Assembly (NCBI GenBank): GCA_964016885.1
Contig: OZ024741.1
Coordinates: 193,068,001-193,132,000, forward strand
Length of the DNA stretch: 64,000 nucleotides
Direction: 5' to 3'
Source: Eledone cirrhosa
Taxonomy: Eukaryota
Shown: positions 40,078 to 53,107 of the stretch, in pieces
Layout of the letters: each line of letters starts with the position of its first letter
How positions within the stretch are numbered: position 1 is the stretch's first letter
Program-made: the position numbers and the translations under genes
The notes under the pieces: model-generated
The model's database searches: none
Told to the model about the DNA's origin: nothing
What the model saw: the letters and a program-made list of their open reading frames with translations, nothing else

Positions 40078-43000
40078 CTAGCAGTTTAGCCCGGCGTTGC
40101 TCGGGTTTGTTCATTTGCTATGAAAGGTTACATACAAGTCAACGTAGCTTGAAAGCGCATAAGCGTATCAATTAAGTGCATAAAGCAGTTGAACCGGTTA
40201 TTAATAGTTACGAACCAATTAGCAATTTGGGTAATCAATGATGGGTTAACAATCTTCCAATAGCGAATTTAGTAGACCAAAGTTGCAAGGTGGTGGTCCT
40301 GATGCCGCTGGGTGTGAGATCTGTCCACTATGGGTGACACTACCAGTTTTCCAGACGGCATAGCTCCATCACCTCCAACACCTGCACCAACATCTATAGC
40401 ACCTCTTTGTAGACGATATTGCATGTCATCCCTTGAGTAGTGTAAGCACAAAGTCCATTCCTGCTCCCTACGTGGCATCAGGCAACATAAAGTTGGCCAT
40501 GGGAGAAGCATGGCTCCCCCAAATGGATGCCCGCCACCGATAATGTTTGCCCTTGTGACTTGTTAATGGACATGGAAAAACATGGTCTCCCCGGGAATTG
40601 GGATCGCCTGAAATCGAAAGGGATATCTGACGCCGAGGGTAAAAGGTTCATCCTTGGAATGAAAACATTCTCTCCTCTTCCGCACCCCGTTACAATGGTG
40701 GCCTCAATCAAGTGGGGCGTCAGTGACTTGACGACCATGCGAGTACCGTTACACTGCTTTGGTGGACGCAAGTTCCTTATTAGCATAATGGGATAGCCAA
40801 CCCTAAGCTTAAGAATGTGAGGTGGGAGCCCTGGGGACTCAAGGGAATTTAATAACTCAACCGGATAATTAACGATATCGTCGGGGTCTGACGTCCGGTC
40901 GATAGACTTGAAGATGTGTTCTTTACCGGGAATCTTCTCAATCAGCTGCTCGTTAATAAAATTAACCATGGTATTTTAGGAGCAAGGATGGCTCTTTCGC
41001 TGAGCCAATCGATGTTAGATGAGACATTAGGAAAAACTGCTTCCCAAAGGTCAGAAGAGCTGCTCACAATGTTGCACAGGGAGTCGATTGCTATGGCGCC
41101 CTTGTCATCCGCAGGGACCTTGCCCTCACCAAGTGCTAAAATATTCTGAGCAAATGCTGCAGACATGTTGTCACCATGCAAATGAGCACGCATATTTGTG
41201 CTCAGGTACAAACTCCTCACCTGGAGCCACAACATGGACGACTTAAGGCAGGCACGCACTTCATCAGCTCTTGTTCCTTTGGGGATGACAGGCGGCGTTT
41301 ACCGAAAATCCCCTGCTAGCAGAATGGTTACGCCACCCATAGGAGCCGTAGAATTGCTAATGTCTTTCAGGGTCGTGTCCAATGCCTCAAGGGCACCCTT
41401 GTGTGCCATTGTGCACTCATCCAAACAATGAGGCAACATTTTTTGAGAACCAGAGCTTCGTGTGGACTCTTGCTGATATTGCATGTTGGTGTCTCAGTTT
41501 TTACTAAATCCAAGGGGAGTTTAAAGGTTGAATGTGCTGTCATGCCTCCCGGCAGCAAAGTAGCAGCGATCCCGGACGATGCAACGGCCAACGCAATTTT
41601 TTTCTCCTGACGAATATTAGCGAGAATCAATTTCGATACATAAGTTTTTCCGGTACCCCCAGGAGCATCGAGAAAGTAAATACCTCAGTTCGATTTTGAA
41701 CCGCGTCAATTAAATAGGCCAACCTTTGGTCCGACAGAAGTTGGGCTCATTTTCCTCTAAGTATTGGGAAAGAGATTCGATGTCATATGCTGTTTCCTGC
41801 AACAAATCCGGGACCAACGTGTTAGCTTCCTCTCTGGCGGTTGACGGCAAGCCATACGTCGCCAACTCACTCCCACTCATGTCGAGGAGGGCGTCCTCGA
41901 TATCAATGAGTGCCCTGTTGTAGATAATGTCGCTGTAACCAACTTCCACTGAAGGATACTGCAGATGAGCTAGGCGCAGGAAGTTCTCAGACAGGAAGTC
42001 TCTGTACTTGACCCACAAAATTTGGGATCACCCAATTCACACTTTTGAAGAAAAATGGCAAAGAGTTCCCGTAGACCTTTAGGTGATTTCAACAAAGCAC
42101 CCTCTGCTAAAGTGGAATCCCATTGCGAATCATCTTCCAAAAGACCACGCTTAAAGCAGGCTTCCCGGTACGTATCACATATTTCTCCATCAACAGTTTT
42201 GAGGTCCTGAAAACTTTGTGGGCCTACAACTTCATGCAGAAGAAGGCGGAGATGAAAGCACTCATGCTGACTTGGGGGCACAATGTAAACCCTTCCAAGA
42301 CATCTGTCAAATTTTACACCAGGATGTCTTTCAGCAGCCTGACTTGACTTACTTCGTACCCAAGTGTTTTTCGACCATATAAAGTAGGATGGAACCTGGG
42401 AGTACACAATTGTTTGCGCAAATGTATCGAACTGGCAAAGTTTGAAGAAACACGTCAGACTGGTCTCTTTCGGATCGGCGGCCAACTTGGCGGCGGTTTG
42501 GTCCGTAAAGTAAACCCTTTGCCCATTTTCCAAATATACCGCAAGCTGTACGATGGTGGGGTGACGTTGGTGGAGGGGTAAACCAAATAGGCGTTAAAAA
42601 GCTTCATTGCTACTGATGTACCGCCCCGCCAGGTATTCTGTGACCTCGTCCCTGCTATTTTCAGCTTGAAATGCGAACATTGCGGCATCAGAGCCCTTAT
42701 TTACATATTTGCATATGTATTTTATCGACTTGACAGAGTTGCAAAACTCAACGTTGATGTGGGCGTTGAAAATCTTCAGGAGAAGCGGGCAGTAAGGGAT
42801 CACCCATCTATTGTCGACTTGACCTCACCTTATGGTTGTGGTGAAGCCACCGTTCTCGGGCCGTCTCCGCCTGTACAAGGGGTATCCGTCGCCACCAATC
42901 TTAGTCTGGTCAACACAATTTTTGGGGTATCCCTTACTGCACGACCCCCCTCCTCTTCAGACACGTGTGATGCTCATTAGGACCCGACGCACACGGACCA

Positions 43001-44422
43001 TGTTAGCTTTGACGATGTCGTGTAATTCCTGGTCAGCTGCTGGGTTAGGGATTTCAGCCGAAATGAAGCTGTCTATGGATTTTTTGAATTGATTTTATCA
43101 GCTAACCAAATCAAAATGTGAGCATGTGGCAGCCCTCGTTTTTGCCATTCGACGGTGAACATGTCACATTTTACAGCCCCAAATACCTGACCCTTTTTTA
43201 TTAAAGCCATGAGTTTAGCCAGTTTCAGTCTGAACACTCTGGCAATGAGGTCATGTCTGTTCAAATAATTTTGCCCAGGAAAAAGTTCACGGGTTACATT
43301 CCGATTCATATATCTATAGCATTAATCTGTTATATGAAGTGTTATTTTGCGGGTTGTTATTTGCAATAAGCCGATTGAAAATGCCTCAGATAAGCCGTAT
43401 GCCAATACGGAACGCTCAATACGGAACGCTCCACTGCAGTGTTGTCATATAGGGAGTGAAGAGTGACAGAGAGAGTAAAGCAGTTAAATTATAGAGAGGG
43501 GTAATGTACGAAACGCTCCATTTGATCATATCCATTGTTTCTCTATCTGCAGTGTTGTCATATAGGGAGTGAAGAGCGACAGAGAGAGTAAAACAGTTAA
43601 ATTATAGAGAGGGGGAATGATCATGATCGATTTTTGTCCTTATTGTTAATTGATTTGTAATTGTTTTACTTCATGGCCTTCTCCTGACCCAAAACAATAA
43701 TTGTCCCGACTTTGAATAGAATCCCGTGAAAAAGGTTTTCTCAATTTGTTGTCTCATATTGAGAAAAACAAAGAAAGAAAATTACAAAAAGGACAACAAT
43801 CAAATATAATGTCTTTGTTGAGAATCATGTAAATAAATGCTTAAGCGTCGTTATTGTTACGTTTGTTGTTTTATAAATTCATCTGTTGCTTTTGAATATT
43901 TGTTATTTGATGTAAAATGTAAGTGTGTAAAATGTAACGTTGAGAGAGCAGTATGTATTTAGCTTTTTAAATTTTGATATTTGATGTATAAGTGTCGTTA
44001 TGACTGTTTGTTGCTTAGGTTTCAAAGTTTGTGTCGCGTTCCTTCAAAAGAAGTGTTGTCGTTGTTCTAAACTGTAGGGTAGTAGACGGAGGCAGTAACC
44101 TTTTAAAGAGAGTTGCAGAGGAGATTGAGAGTGGAGTAAAGGAAAAGATGAATCTTTTAAAGAGAGTTGCAACATGTATGTAGTTTCATATATTTTTAAT
44201 GGTAGTAGTGAGAGGAATAAAGCGTGTAAGAGAGAGGGTTACAGCATGTATTTAGTTTTATCGATTATTTTCATAGAAGCAGGAAATATTTGGCAAAAAT
44301 AATTACGCATTGACCTGCCCTGGTAAATTTGGAGCACATTGGAAAAAAATTCATCAAAATCGGTAGAGAAATGTGGAAATGCATAAAAATCATACACACA
44401 CACAGACAGACATCTACCGTTT

Positions 44423-44433
<11 letters not shown>
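40078..44433 (-). mobile_element. decayed autonomous Helitron (Rep HUH endonuclease + PIF1-like helicase pseudogene, ~43310-40480)
   Basis: VEWQKRGLPHAHILIW, KYICKYVNKG, FLDAPGGTGKT, AVASSGIAATLL, DECTM, LAGDFR, SINKSQGQTL; 3' hairpin CCCGAGCAACGCCGGG then CTAG|T; 5' end TATAATATATAAAACGGTAGATGTCTGTCTG within (AT)n. Confidence 0.95.
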
Positions 44434-44460
<27 letters not shown>

Positions 44461-44468
44461 TAAAATAA

Positions 44469-44532
44469 CAGATAAAGTTTAAGAAGCAAAGAATCGCTGC
44501 TTTCACCCTTAACAGGATCTTCTGAAATACTA
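44469..44532 (-). ncRNA. hammerhead variant remnant (U4A core), same family as 35016-35066
   Basis: CAGAAGA-TCCT-gtta-AGGGT-GAAA-GCAGCGATTCTTTGC-TT; tiny pLTR end between (TA)n tracts. Confidence 0.45.
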
Positions 44533-44675
44533 TATATATACACATATATATAGCAATATATTTATGCAATTTTTTGCATGATTTACACATACTGAATTCA
44601 TTTGCCAAAATCTGGGGGTTTTCCCCTGTGAGTTACATATGTGCTTTTACGGAGCACTCTGTCATCCACAATACT

Positions 44676-45012
44676 GGCACAGAACAAAATACCTGTTGAT
44701 AACGTGATATTCCTTGTTCGATCATTATACAAAAAGCTTATTGTTTTAAGTAGAAAGTATTATTGATTTAGGTGTGGCAGAAACCCTGTACTGGATTTTA
44801 CCATCAATTCCAGGTGTCCAGGTTTGTTATATATATATATGTATATATAGTTGGCTCAGACCAAAATACATGTTGATAACGTGATATTCCTTGTCCGATC
44901 ATTATACCAAAAGCTTATAGTTTTAAGCAGACAGTATTATTGATTTAGGTGTCATAGAAATCCTGCATTTGGATTTTACCATCAATTCCAATGGGTCCAG
45001 GTCGGTTATATA
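44676..45012. repeat. two tandem ~180-bp units separated by (TA)n
   Basis: 44676-44832 matches 44853-45012. Confidence 0.85.
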
Positions 45013-45055
45013 TGTGTATATGTATATATGTGTATATGTATATATATATATATAT

Positions 45056-45520
45056 ATGATTTTATCATTTATTTTGCTTGACCTGTTTAGCTTGACTTGT
45101 TTTTTGGCTTAGGTGGTTAATGCCTTCTTGACCACTTTTTCAGTTTTGGATGGCGTTTTAACACATATGTTTAGCTCTGTTTTTTTAACTATGGAACGCT
45201 TGCCAGCGTAACTCTGATTTTGCGTTTCGTTTCACTTTTTCTACCCGCCGAAATGCGATTCTCGCTGAATTTATATTTGTATATGTATATATATATGATT
45301 ATGTCATTTATTTTGTCTGACCTGTTTAGCTTGACTTGTTTTTTGGCTTAGGTGGTCTATAGCTTCTTGACCGCCTTCTCAGTTTATATGGCCTTTATAA
45401 CCTATGTTTATTGCTCTAGTCTTTTAGACTATGGAGTGCTTGCCTGCATGACTCGGAATTTGCGTTACGTTTCGCTTTTTCTACCCGCCGAAATGCGATT
45501 CTCACTGAATTTATATTTAT
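45056..45520. repeat. two tandem ~240-bp units separated by (TA)n
   Basis: 45056-45280 matches 45295-45520. Confidence 0.85.
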
Positions 45521-45552
45521 ATATATATATGTATAATATATATATATGTATA

Positions 45553-45610
<58 letters not shown>

Positions 45611-45694
45611 GTGTGTGTGTGTGTATGTGTGTGTGTGCGCGCGCGTGTGTGTGTGTGCGTGTGTGCGTGTGTGTGTGCGTGTGTGTGTGTGTGT

Positions 45695-45741
<47 letters not shown>

Positions 45742-46459
45742 TGTGTGTTTGTGTGCCTATAGTTGTATTGAAGCACAGTTAAATACCTTTCTGTGCTTGT
45801 CTTGTGTGTGTTTATGTGTTTCCACAAAGACGTGAAAAACGAGTGGTTGTTTCAGTAATTTAATCTCTCTGTGGAAGCTTCGTACAATTAAAGAGAAATT
45901 TTCTTTCTTTCTCTTTCTCTTTTTCTCTTTCTCTCTCCTTTTCTCTTTCTCTCTCACTCTAATCCTCTCTCTCTTTTTCTCTTTTCTCTCTCTATAATTC
46001 TCTCTCTCTCTTTCTCTTTCTCAATCTCCCCTCTCTCTCTCTCTCTCTCTCTCAGTTGGTCGTTGTTAAGGCGAGGTTGGCGTCATAGTTGCCATAGGGA
46101 ATACTGGATCATATTTGACAGCAAAGAATAGTAATTTGCTTTAAAGACATGTCGGCAGAAGCAAGTACTTAATTCACCTCCTACACAAAAGAGTGGAATG
46201 AAGCAACTATTTATGAAATGCCTGTTATTGTTATATAGAACAGTTAGAAAACAGAGTGGTCACGTCTTCGCTATCTTAAGTATAAAAATACATAAATAAC
46301 TAAATAGCTGTACGGATAATACCGTAGACGAAGTAAATAGCACAGTGAGATGACCGTTAACTGTCAACTCCAGCTATTTTATCAACTATTTGCGCTTCCT
46401 TCACTTCAGTTTTCACAATGCTTAAGCATTATATTACATTTACGGTCGTTTTGAGTCTA

Positions 46460-46515
<56 letters not shown>

Positions 46516-46545
46516 ATGTGTGTGTGTGTGTGTGTGTGTATGTGT

Positions 46546-46583
<38 letters not shown>

Positions 46584-46741
46584 GTGTGTGTGCGTGTGTA
46601 TGCGTATGTATGTATGTATGGTTGTATGTATGCATATATGTTCTTCTAATAACACCAAGGTCAACTTTCGTGATCGATAAAGAAAGTACCCACACAGTAC
46701 TGCGATCGATTCTTCCACTTTTTCCTTCTTTCATCCTTCAG

Positions 46742-46819
46742 ACCTAGAGAGAAATGTGATCCGTCAGGTTTAAATGCACGAGATGCATGCGGTACAACAG
46801 AAGCTTTACTATTCCACCA
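46742..46819 (+). other. candidate 78-bp host exon
   Basis: Long polypyrimidine tract + CAG acceptor (46739-46741), GTATGT donor (46820), length divisible by 3, one open frame PREKCDPSGLNARDACGTTEALLFH; no homology recognised. Confidence 0.25.
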
Positions 46820-46855
46820 GTATGTTGGGAACTACGGACTGCTGGTGATATATAA

Positions 46856-46889
<34 letters not shown>

Positions 46890-46943
46890 ATACACACACA
46901 CATATATATACGTGTGTGCGTGTGTGTGTGTGTGTGTTGTGTG

Positions 46944-47009
<66 letters not shown>

Positions 47010-47011
<2 letters not shown>

Positions 47012-48297
47012 CGGTCCAGGTCTGAAGTCAGAAAATCCTCTGTTGCTCAGGCCCTCAGTCGAGAATCCGGAGTTGTAGAGCACGCAATCAGGCCGCAGGC
47101 GGTCAGGTTGCGAACGGAATGACTGACTGAGCGGTGGTGTCGGGCGATAGGGGAACGGGAGCCGAAGCAGATGTCATGGAGGTATTGGGCGAACCGATCG
47201 GTAAAACGGTGTCCCGTCTGTCCGACATAGGTCCTTCCACGCACCGTCCCTAGACAAGGTTGGAGAGGTGCAGCGAAAGGAGTGCTGGAAATGGATGGAG
47301 TAGCTGTTGGGCCCCCGGAAGGTAGTGGTGTTGGTGATGTGTAAACATGTGTGGCAGTGGGGTCGGAAGCAGGGGAGGGATGCGGAGAGGAAGAGGGAAT
47401 GCGGGTAGGGAGCGACGGACGAGGAGGTTGCGGAGGTTGCGTGAGTGCTTGAAGGGGAGGAGAGGTGATAGTGGGAAGATGGGGGAGGTGGGGGTGTCTG
47501 AGTGGAGGCGTCGGAAGAGGTGTAGGATGGTCCATTGGAGAGGTAGGGTAGCGGGTGGTAGGTGAGGGAGAAGGGGAGATGGTGGGGGGGGGGGGGGGGG
47601 GTGAGAGCGGCGTGGACAAGGGCTGTGGGTAAGTTCTCCGTGCGAAATGACGGACCATAAAAAGGGCTTGGGTTTCAAAGTCCGCATCTCGGCTGCAGAC
47701 TCGGCTGCAGACTCGGCTGATTCGGAGAAATTTGGAGTAGGGAATAGAGTGTTTGGTGTGAATGGGGGTGGGAGGAGGTAAAGTCGAGATATGTGTGGGA
47801 GTCAGTAAGTCTGAAGAAGGCAGAGGTGATGAGTGAGCGGTGGGAGGTGTCAATGGTGACGAAGATGTCCAAGAAGTGAAGGTAGGGATGGAAGGAGCAG
47901 AGGAATGAGAGACGGGGGTCGAGCAGTTCCCGGGTGAGAGTAGTGGCACCGAAACAGACGTCAATATAACGCCGATATAGTTCGAGCCTGGGGCCAGTGT
48001 ATTGGGCAAAGATTTGGGCCTCAACGTGGCCAACGAAAAGGTTGGCCTATTTGGGGCCTATTCTTTTACCTATGGCTACCCCGGTCACTTGCTGGAGAAG
48101 GAGAAGCAGTTTAGGGTGACGACCAGCTCGGTGAGGCGGAGGAGGGTAGAGGTGGAGGGAACGGGGGAAGGGTGAAGGTCCAGGTAGTAGTTGAGGGTGC
48201 ATAGGCCGTCGGCGTGGGGGATGACGGTGTACAGGGATTTTATATTAAGGGTGAAGAAGAGGGGAGGTGGGCCTGGTGGAAAGGTGAAGGAGCCGAA
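47010..48297 (-). mobile_element. Neptune-like PLE fragment (same family as 35196-38015)
   Basis: DSHTYLDFTSSHP, HTKHSIPYSKFLRI, YVGQTGHRFTDRFAQYLHDI, SPIARH; frameshifted. Confidence 0.9.
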
Positions 48298-48794
48298 AAT
48301 ATATATTAACGTGAGACTTTAACTCCGTTTTTTCAATATTGTAGCTCCTGATTTCTTCGTTAGTAGAGCTTTCAAAGTTGAATAGTTACAGGCTGCCATT
48401 TCTAGCGGTTTCGTGATCCATTCATGCCACTATATACTGTCTGTGCGCATGTTTTCGTTGTCTCACCACGTGCTTTATTCAGTTGTCTGAAATAAGTGTT
48501 GGCTATATCTTCTTCTCACCTGTTGATAATTCCTGAGAAGGTATGGTACCAGCACTTTTTATGGCGAAACATTGGGAATGTACAGGTGTCGTATAGTTAT
48601 AAAGGTGGGCTTTTTACATTTTAAATTTACCTTTTAATTATTATGTATTTTCCCCACTTTTCGTAGACCTTATATCCTTCACTATCGTGGTTCTCTACTC
48701 CTTGTAATTGAAAGCATACCCCTTCTTGTGTTTTCTTCTCTATACATTGTATTATTAAGAACCCGGTAATTTATTCTTTGAGCTTATAAAATTA

Positions 48795-49465
48795 CAGTAC
48801 TATTAAGAAATGTGTTATATGTAGAATAAATCCACAAATAAATTGTAAAACTAGAAATGTTGTCTATAGCATAAGATGTACAGAGGGTACTTGCAGAAAC
48901 ATGACAACTACACACATGGGAGAGACAGCTCGGAGCATAGAGGGTGGGAATAGACCAACACTGGGGTGAACTAAAAGGACAACAAGATGGTTCGGTACTC
49001 TATAAACATGCCAGACTAAGACATGATGGTAATATAGAAAACATAGAAATTAAAATAATATCTAAACATAGAAATGACTCAACAGATAGACAAATCAGAG
49101 AAGCAACTGAAATAGAACTAAGAAAACCAAAGTTGAACAGAAAAAAATTAATGGAATATACTATACACAAACACACAATACTGACCTAAGGTAAATATAA
49201 ATAAATATACACAGGTACAATAACAACAACCACACATAAAGACACACTAGTGAACAAAGATAGAATACAAACACAGACAGTCTCAGAAAGGCACACACAC
49301 CAAACAGGAAACACACAGACAAACGCATGCGGAAACAGAGACAAGTATAAATAAATAAATAAATAAATAGAATAGAATAGACATTACAATACAGCAGGAA
49401 GAAACAAAATAGTAACACAAAATATGTCACATGTGTGTGATGAAAGAACTTTGATATACTATATG

Positions 49466-49511
<46 letters not shown>

Positions 49512-49680
49512 TTTTAACCGTCGGTCAATTAAAGAGAAACATTGATTGGCAGCTAAATTAACTAAGGAGACATAAAAGATACAGAAGCGAAGACCAACCC
49601 AAACCAAACTGTAAGTATGTTTTCTTATATATTTCAGGCAATATTATAATAATATGACTCTCCCCAAATATAACTATATA
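48795..49680 (+). mobile_element. Naiad-like PLE 3' fragment (GIY-YIG + pLTR)
   Basis: KCVICRINPQINCKTRNVVYSIRCTEGTC..MGETARS; LYKHARLRH; RQIREATEI..PKLNRK; hammerhead at ~49410-49460 has lost its CTGATGA. Confidence 0.8.
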
Positions 49681-49790
49681 TATATATATATATAGTAATT
49701 TTTTCCCGTTCTTTGCCAGCGAACGTTTCCACGAACCAAAGTATCGTCTTCCTGTCTTCCTCCGGTTGCAACGTTTTTTGAAATATCCAG

Positions 49791-50030
<240 letters not shown>

Positions 50031-50207
50031 AACATATATATATATGGCAAGTAAGTATGTTTTGAAACAGTGAGCGAGTTTGAAATTAGAAAATCTATAG
50101 TATTGACGTACATGTACGCCAATACTCATCTTTTTCCATTTATCTGAGGGTTCTAAACCCCGTTATCAAGCTAAAATTCCTTTAGTTAAAAATACGGTGA
50201 AAGCTAT

Positions 50208-50296
<89 letters not shown>

Positions 50297-50297
<1 letters not shown>

Positions 50298-50435
50298 CCA
50301 GGGAGTGTAACGCTGAGTTACATATATATATTGTACTCTCAGTCGCTTAACACCATGGAGACTGGGATATGCTCCGGCCTGATGAGCTCCCTCGCTCGAG
50401 ACTTTAGACTTTAGACTTTAGACTATAGACTAGAT
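50297..50435 (+). mobile_element. 3' part of a SINE with (AGACTTT)n tail
   Basis: TACTCTCAGTCGCTT..GGGATATGCTCCGGCCTGATG..GCTCG followed by 4-5 AGACTTT units; resembles marine-invertebrate SINE 3' ends (from memory). Confidence 0.5.
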
Positions 50436-50510
50436 ATTTATACACAATTATATATGTACATGTTTATAAATAAATAGATAAATAAATTACATACATACAT
50501 GCATACGTAC

Positions 50511-51111
50511 ATGATGGCTACCCCTTCGATATCGAGTATGGTCATTGCACGATATAACATTATTAGTAATTATCAATTAATGCTATCGTACAGTGCCTGT
50601 GCATGAAGATTTTTTTAAGTGAAGAAAGACTGTGCACAGAGCCAATCCCACTCTCTGGGCCACAGTAGCTATCTCATAAAGAAGAAAAGATCATCGGTAA
50701 CTACTGAGCTGCGGATTTTATATCGGAGTTATCCCAGTTTCCTGAGTTGCCTTCCCCTAGAAGAATGCCCGGACAAAGGCTAGGGGTCCTTCACTCCCAG
50801 TAGTTTAACCCTGCGATTAGGTATCCTGCTCCATTATTTCTATGTCCCCGCGCATATAAAATACATGTACATATAAAATACATACACACATATATACACA
50901 TGCATATACATATTTACACATTTTTCGATGGCCGTTGCCTCTTATGAGTTCTTCCACTCTTTATCACGTTTTATTTTTTGTCCTGCAGGATGTTCAAAAT
51001 CACCCTCCTCACCAAATAAAGTTGGTGGGGTTGCCGGTTTAGTCGCCGACGACCCGATCCTGCGACAGGTTGTACTGGGTTACATGTTACCAGTAGCACC
51101 CAAGAGTGACC
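50511..51111 (-). mobile_element. non-autonomous RTE-derived element, unit A (interrupted by microsatellite ~50855-50920)
   Basis: 5' end homologous to unit B; RTE-like 5'UTR motif at ~50745-50785; 3' end ..AGCCATCAT(GTAT)n. Confidence 0.6.
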
Positions 51112-51160
51112 TATACGTACATACATACGTTGATACATACATAGTTACATACATGCATAC

Positions 51161-51766
51161 ATGGTGGCTGCCAACTCGTTTTCGAGTACGGCCACTACTT
51201 TATATCCATGTAGGAGAACCCCTACCGATGCACTGAACGAGTGTGACTTTTTAGTCCAGCCAGCGACTTGAAAACTCTGGTACAAAGACTACACTTGTGA
51301 CCATTATTGACACATAGTGCTGGGCCCATGGTACCATGTGACGACAAGTTCAGAGAGATCTCCACATATAAAGCAATGCCTGTGCCGTGAAGCTTTTATA
51401 GTGAGCAAAGGCACTGCACAAAGCCAGTCCCACTCTCTTAACCAAGATGATATTTACCAAAAAGAAGAACAAGTCAACTTCATTGGATACCATCAGAGTT
51501 GCAGGTGTTATATCAGAGTTTTCCTTCTCCTAGAATTCTGCCTTGACAAAGGCTAAGGGGTCATCTCTCTCGGTGATTTTGAATGGCCATTGACTCTTAA
51601 GAGCTCCTTTGCCCTTTGACAGGTTTTGTTTTTAGTCCTGCAGGATGTCCAAAGTCACCCTCCTCACCAAGAAACCTTGGTGGGGTTGCTAGTTTAGTAG
51701 CCAACGACCCGACCATGAGACAGGTTGTACTGGGATACATGTTACCAGTAGCACCAACTGGTGACC
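51161..51766 (-). mobile_element. non-autonomous RTE-derived element, unit B (apparently full length, 606 bp)
   Basis: Structured 5' end starting GGTCACC; motif AGCCTTTGTCAAGGCAG..CTAGGAGAAGGAAAACTCTGA; no RT ORF; flanked by (ACAT)n; second copy at 73-448. Confidence 0.65.
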
Positions 51767-51814
51767 TGACATGCATACATACATACATGCATACATACAT
51801 AAAAATATACATAC

Positions 51815-52272
51815 ATGATGGCTGCAAACTCTGCTAAGAGTTTTGCAATCGTTCGTCAGATTATAGAGTTTGGTGCACTTTTAGGCTACAGCCAGCCAGA
51901 CAAACTTTTAACATATCCTGAACAAGCAATGCCTGTGCTTTGAAGGTTTTTTAACTTGACTAATCCCACTCTCTGAGTATCAAAAACACTACCCGAAACG
52001 GGGAACTGGTCAACATCATCCGATGCTTCCAAAGCCGCAGGTTTTCTTTTTTCGAGTTTCTCTCTCCTAGAAAGGTGTTGTGACAACAACTGGGAGCCTT
52101 TCACTCCCAGGTGAGGGGTGGGAAGTGCTAATTGGATGGCCGTTGACTCTGCTGAGTTCCTCCGCCCTTTGCCGGGTTTTGTACTTCATCCTCCAGGGTG
52201 TCCAAATATTACCCTCCACACCAAGCAAGCTTGGTTGTGTTACGGGTTTAGTTGCCGGCGACGTGACCATGA
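51815..52272 (-). mobile_element. non-autonomous RTE-derived element, unit C (diverged, 5'-truncated)
   Basis: Colinear similarity to units A and B; flanked by (ACAT)n. Confidence 0.55.
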
Positions 52273-52332
52273 AACATACGTACATACATACATACATACA
52301 TACATACATACATACATACATACATACATACA

Positions 52333-52340
<8 letters not shown>

Positions 52341-52363
<23 letters not shown>

Positions 52364-52852
52364 TAAGACAGATGGCACTAAGGAATACTGGTGGAACCTG
52401 AAAATAAAAACTGCCACCAAATTAAAGCACAACCGGCCTGATATTGTAGTTTGGGACCACACATTGAAAACGTATTCTGTTGTGGAGATCAGCTGCCCAC
52501 TTGATGTAAACGTTGTCAGAAAAATACAGGAGAAGGAGGACATCTACGGACCATTGATGAGGAGTTTACAAATCCAGTATCCAAGATACACCTTTAGCTT
52601 CATACCCATCATTATTGGAGCTACGGGTTATATACCAACCCGCTTGGGCCAAAGTATGACTGAACTTGGATTTGTGGACAAAAAGCGCAGCTCCCTAATT
52701 CATAGTCTACAAATGGCTGCGATAGCTGGCACCTTCAAAATTTGCAAAACATTCTTGCGATTCAAGGGATGACAATTTCTTTTCTATTACAACCTTGCCA
52801 CCAGGAAGGTGGCCGGTCAAAAAAATATACTCGAAATTAAGAGAAAGAGAAA
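52341..52852 (+). mobile_element. 5'-truncated R4/Dong-like LINE: REL endonuclease domain + 3'UTR, inside (ACAT)n
   Basis: Uninterrupted [31 protein letters not shown]; stop at 52772; 3'UTR hairpin GCCACC/GGTGGC; ACAT repeats on both sides. Confidence 0.85.
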
Positions 52853-53064
52853 ACATACATACATACATAGTATATTTATTGGAAGCTGAAAACTCAACAA
52901 GTTACTTTAACAGAGAGTATGAGTGAGAAAGACACATTAAAATAGTGGTATTTGAATATATTTATAGGAATGTGAAAAACTACACATGTATACACACACA
53001 TATACATGTTTTCTGTCTCTGTCTATCTGTCCCCCACTCTCTCTCTGTATATATATATATATAT

Positions 53065-53107
<43 letters not shown>

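Noticed and set aside
40478-41700. Host PIF1 helicase gene
   Set aside because: Contiguous with Rep HUH motifs and Helitron termini, intronless and frameshifted
46086-46105. RFX X-box-like GTTGCCATAGGGAAT near a pyrimidine tract
   Set aside because: Only one good half-site and no gene start identified; expected by chance
48528-48580. ATTCCTGAGAAG..GAAACATTGGGAAT hammerhead-like remnant
   Set aside because: Core is missing a base, G would sit at the cleavage site, and stem II is unpaired
50379-50405. CTGATGA in a GC-rich context
   Set aside because: No GAAA partner; part of a SINE 3' segment
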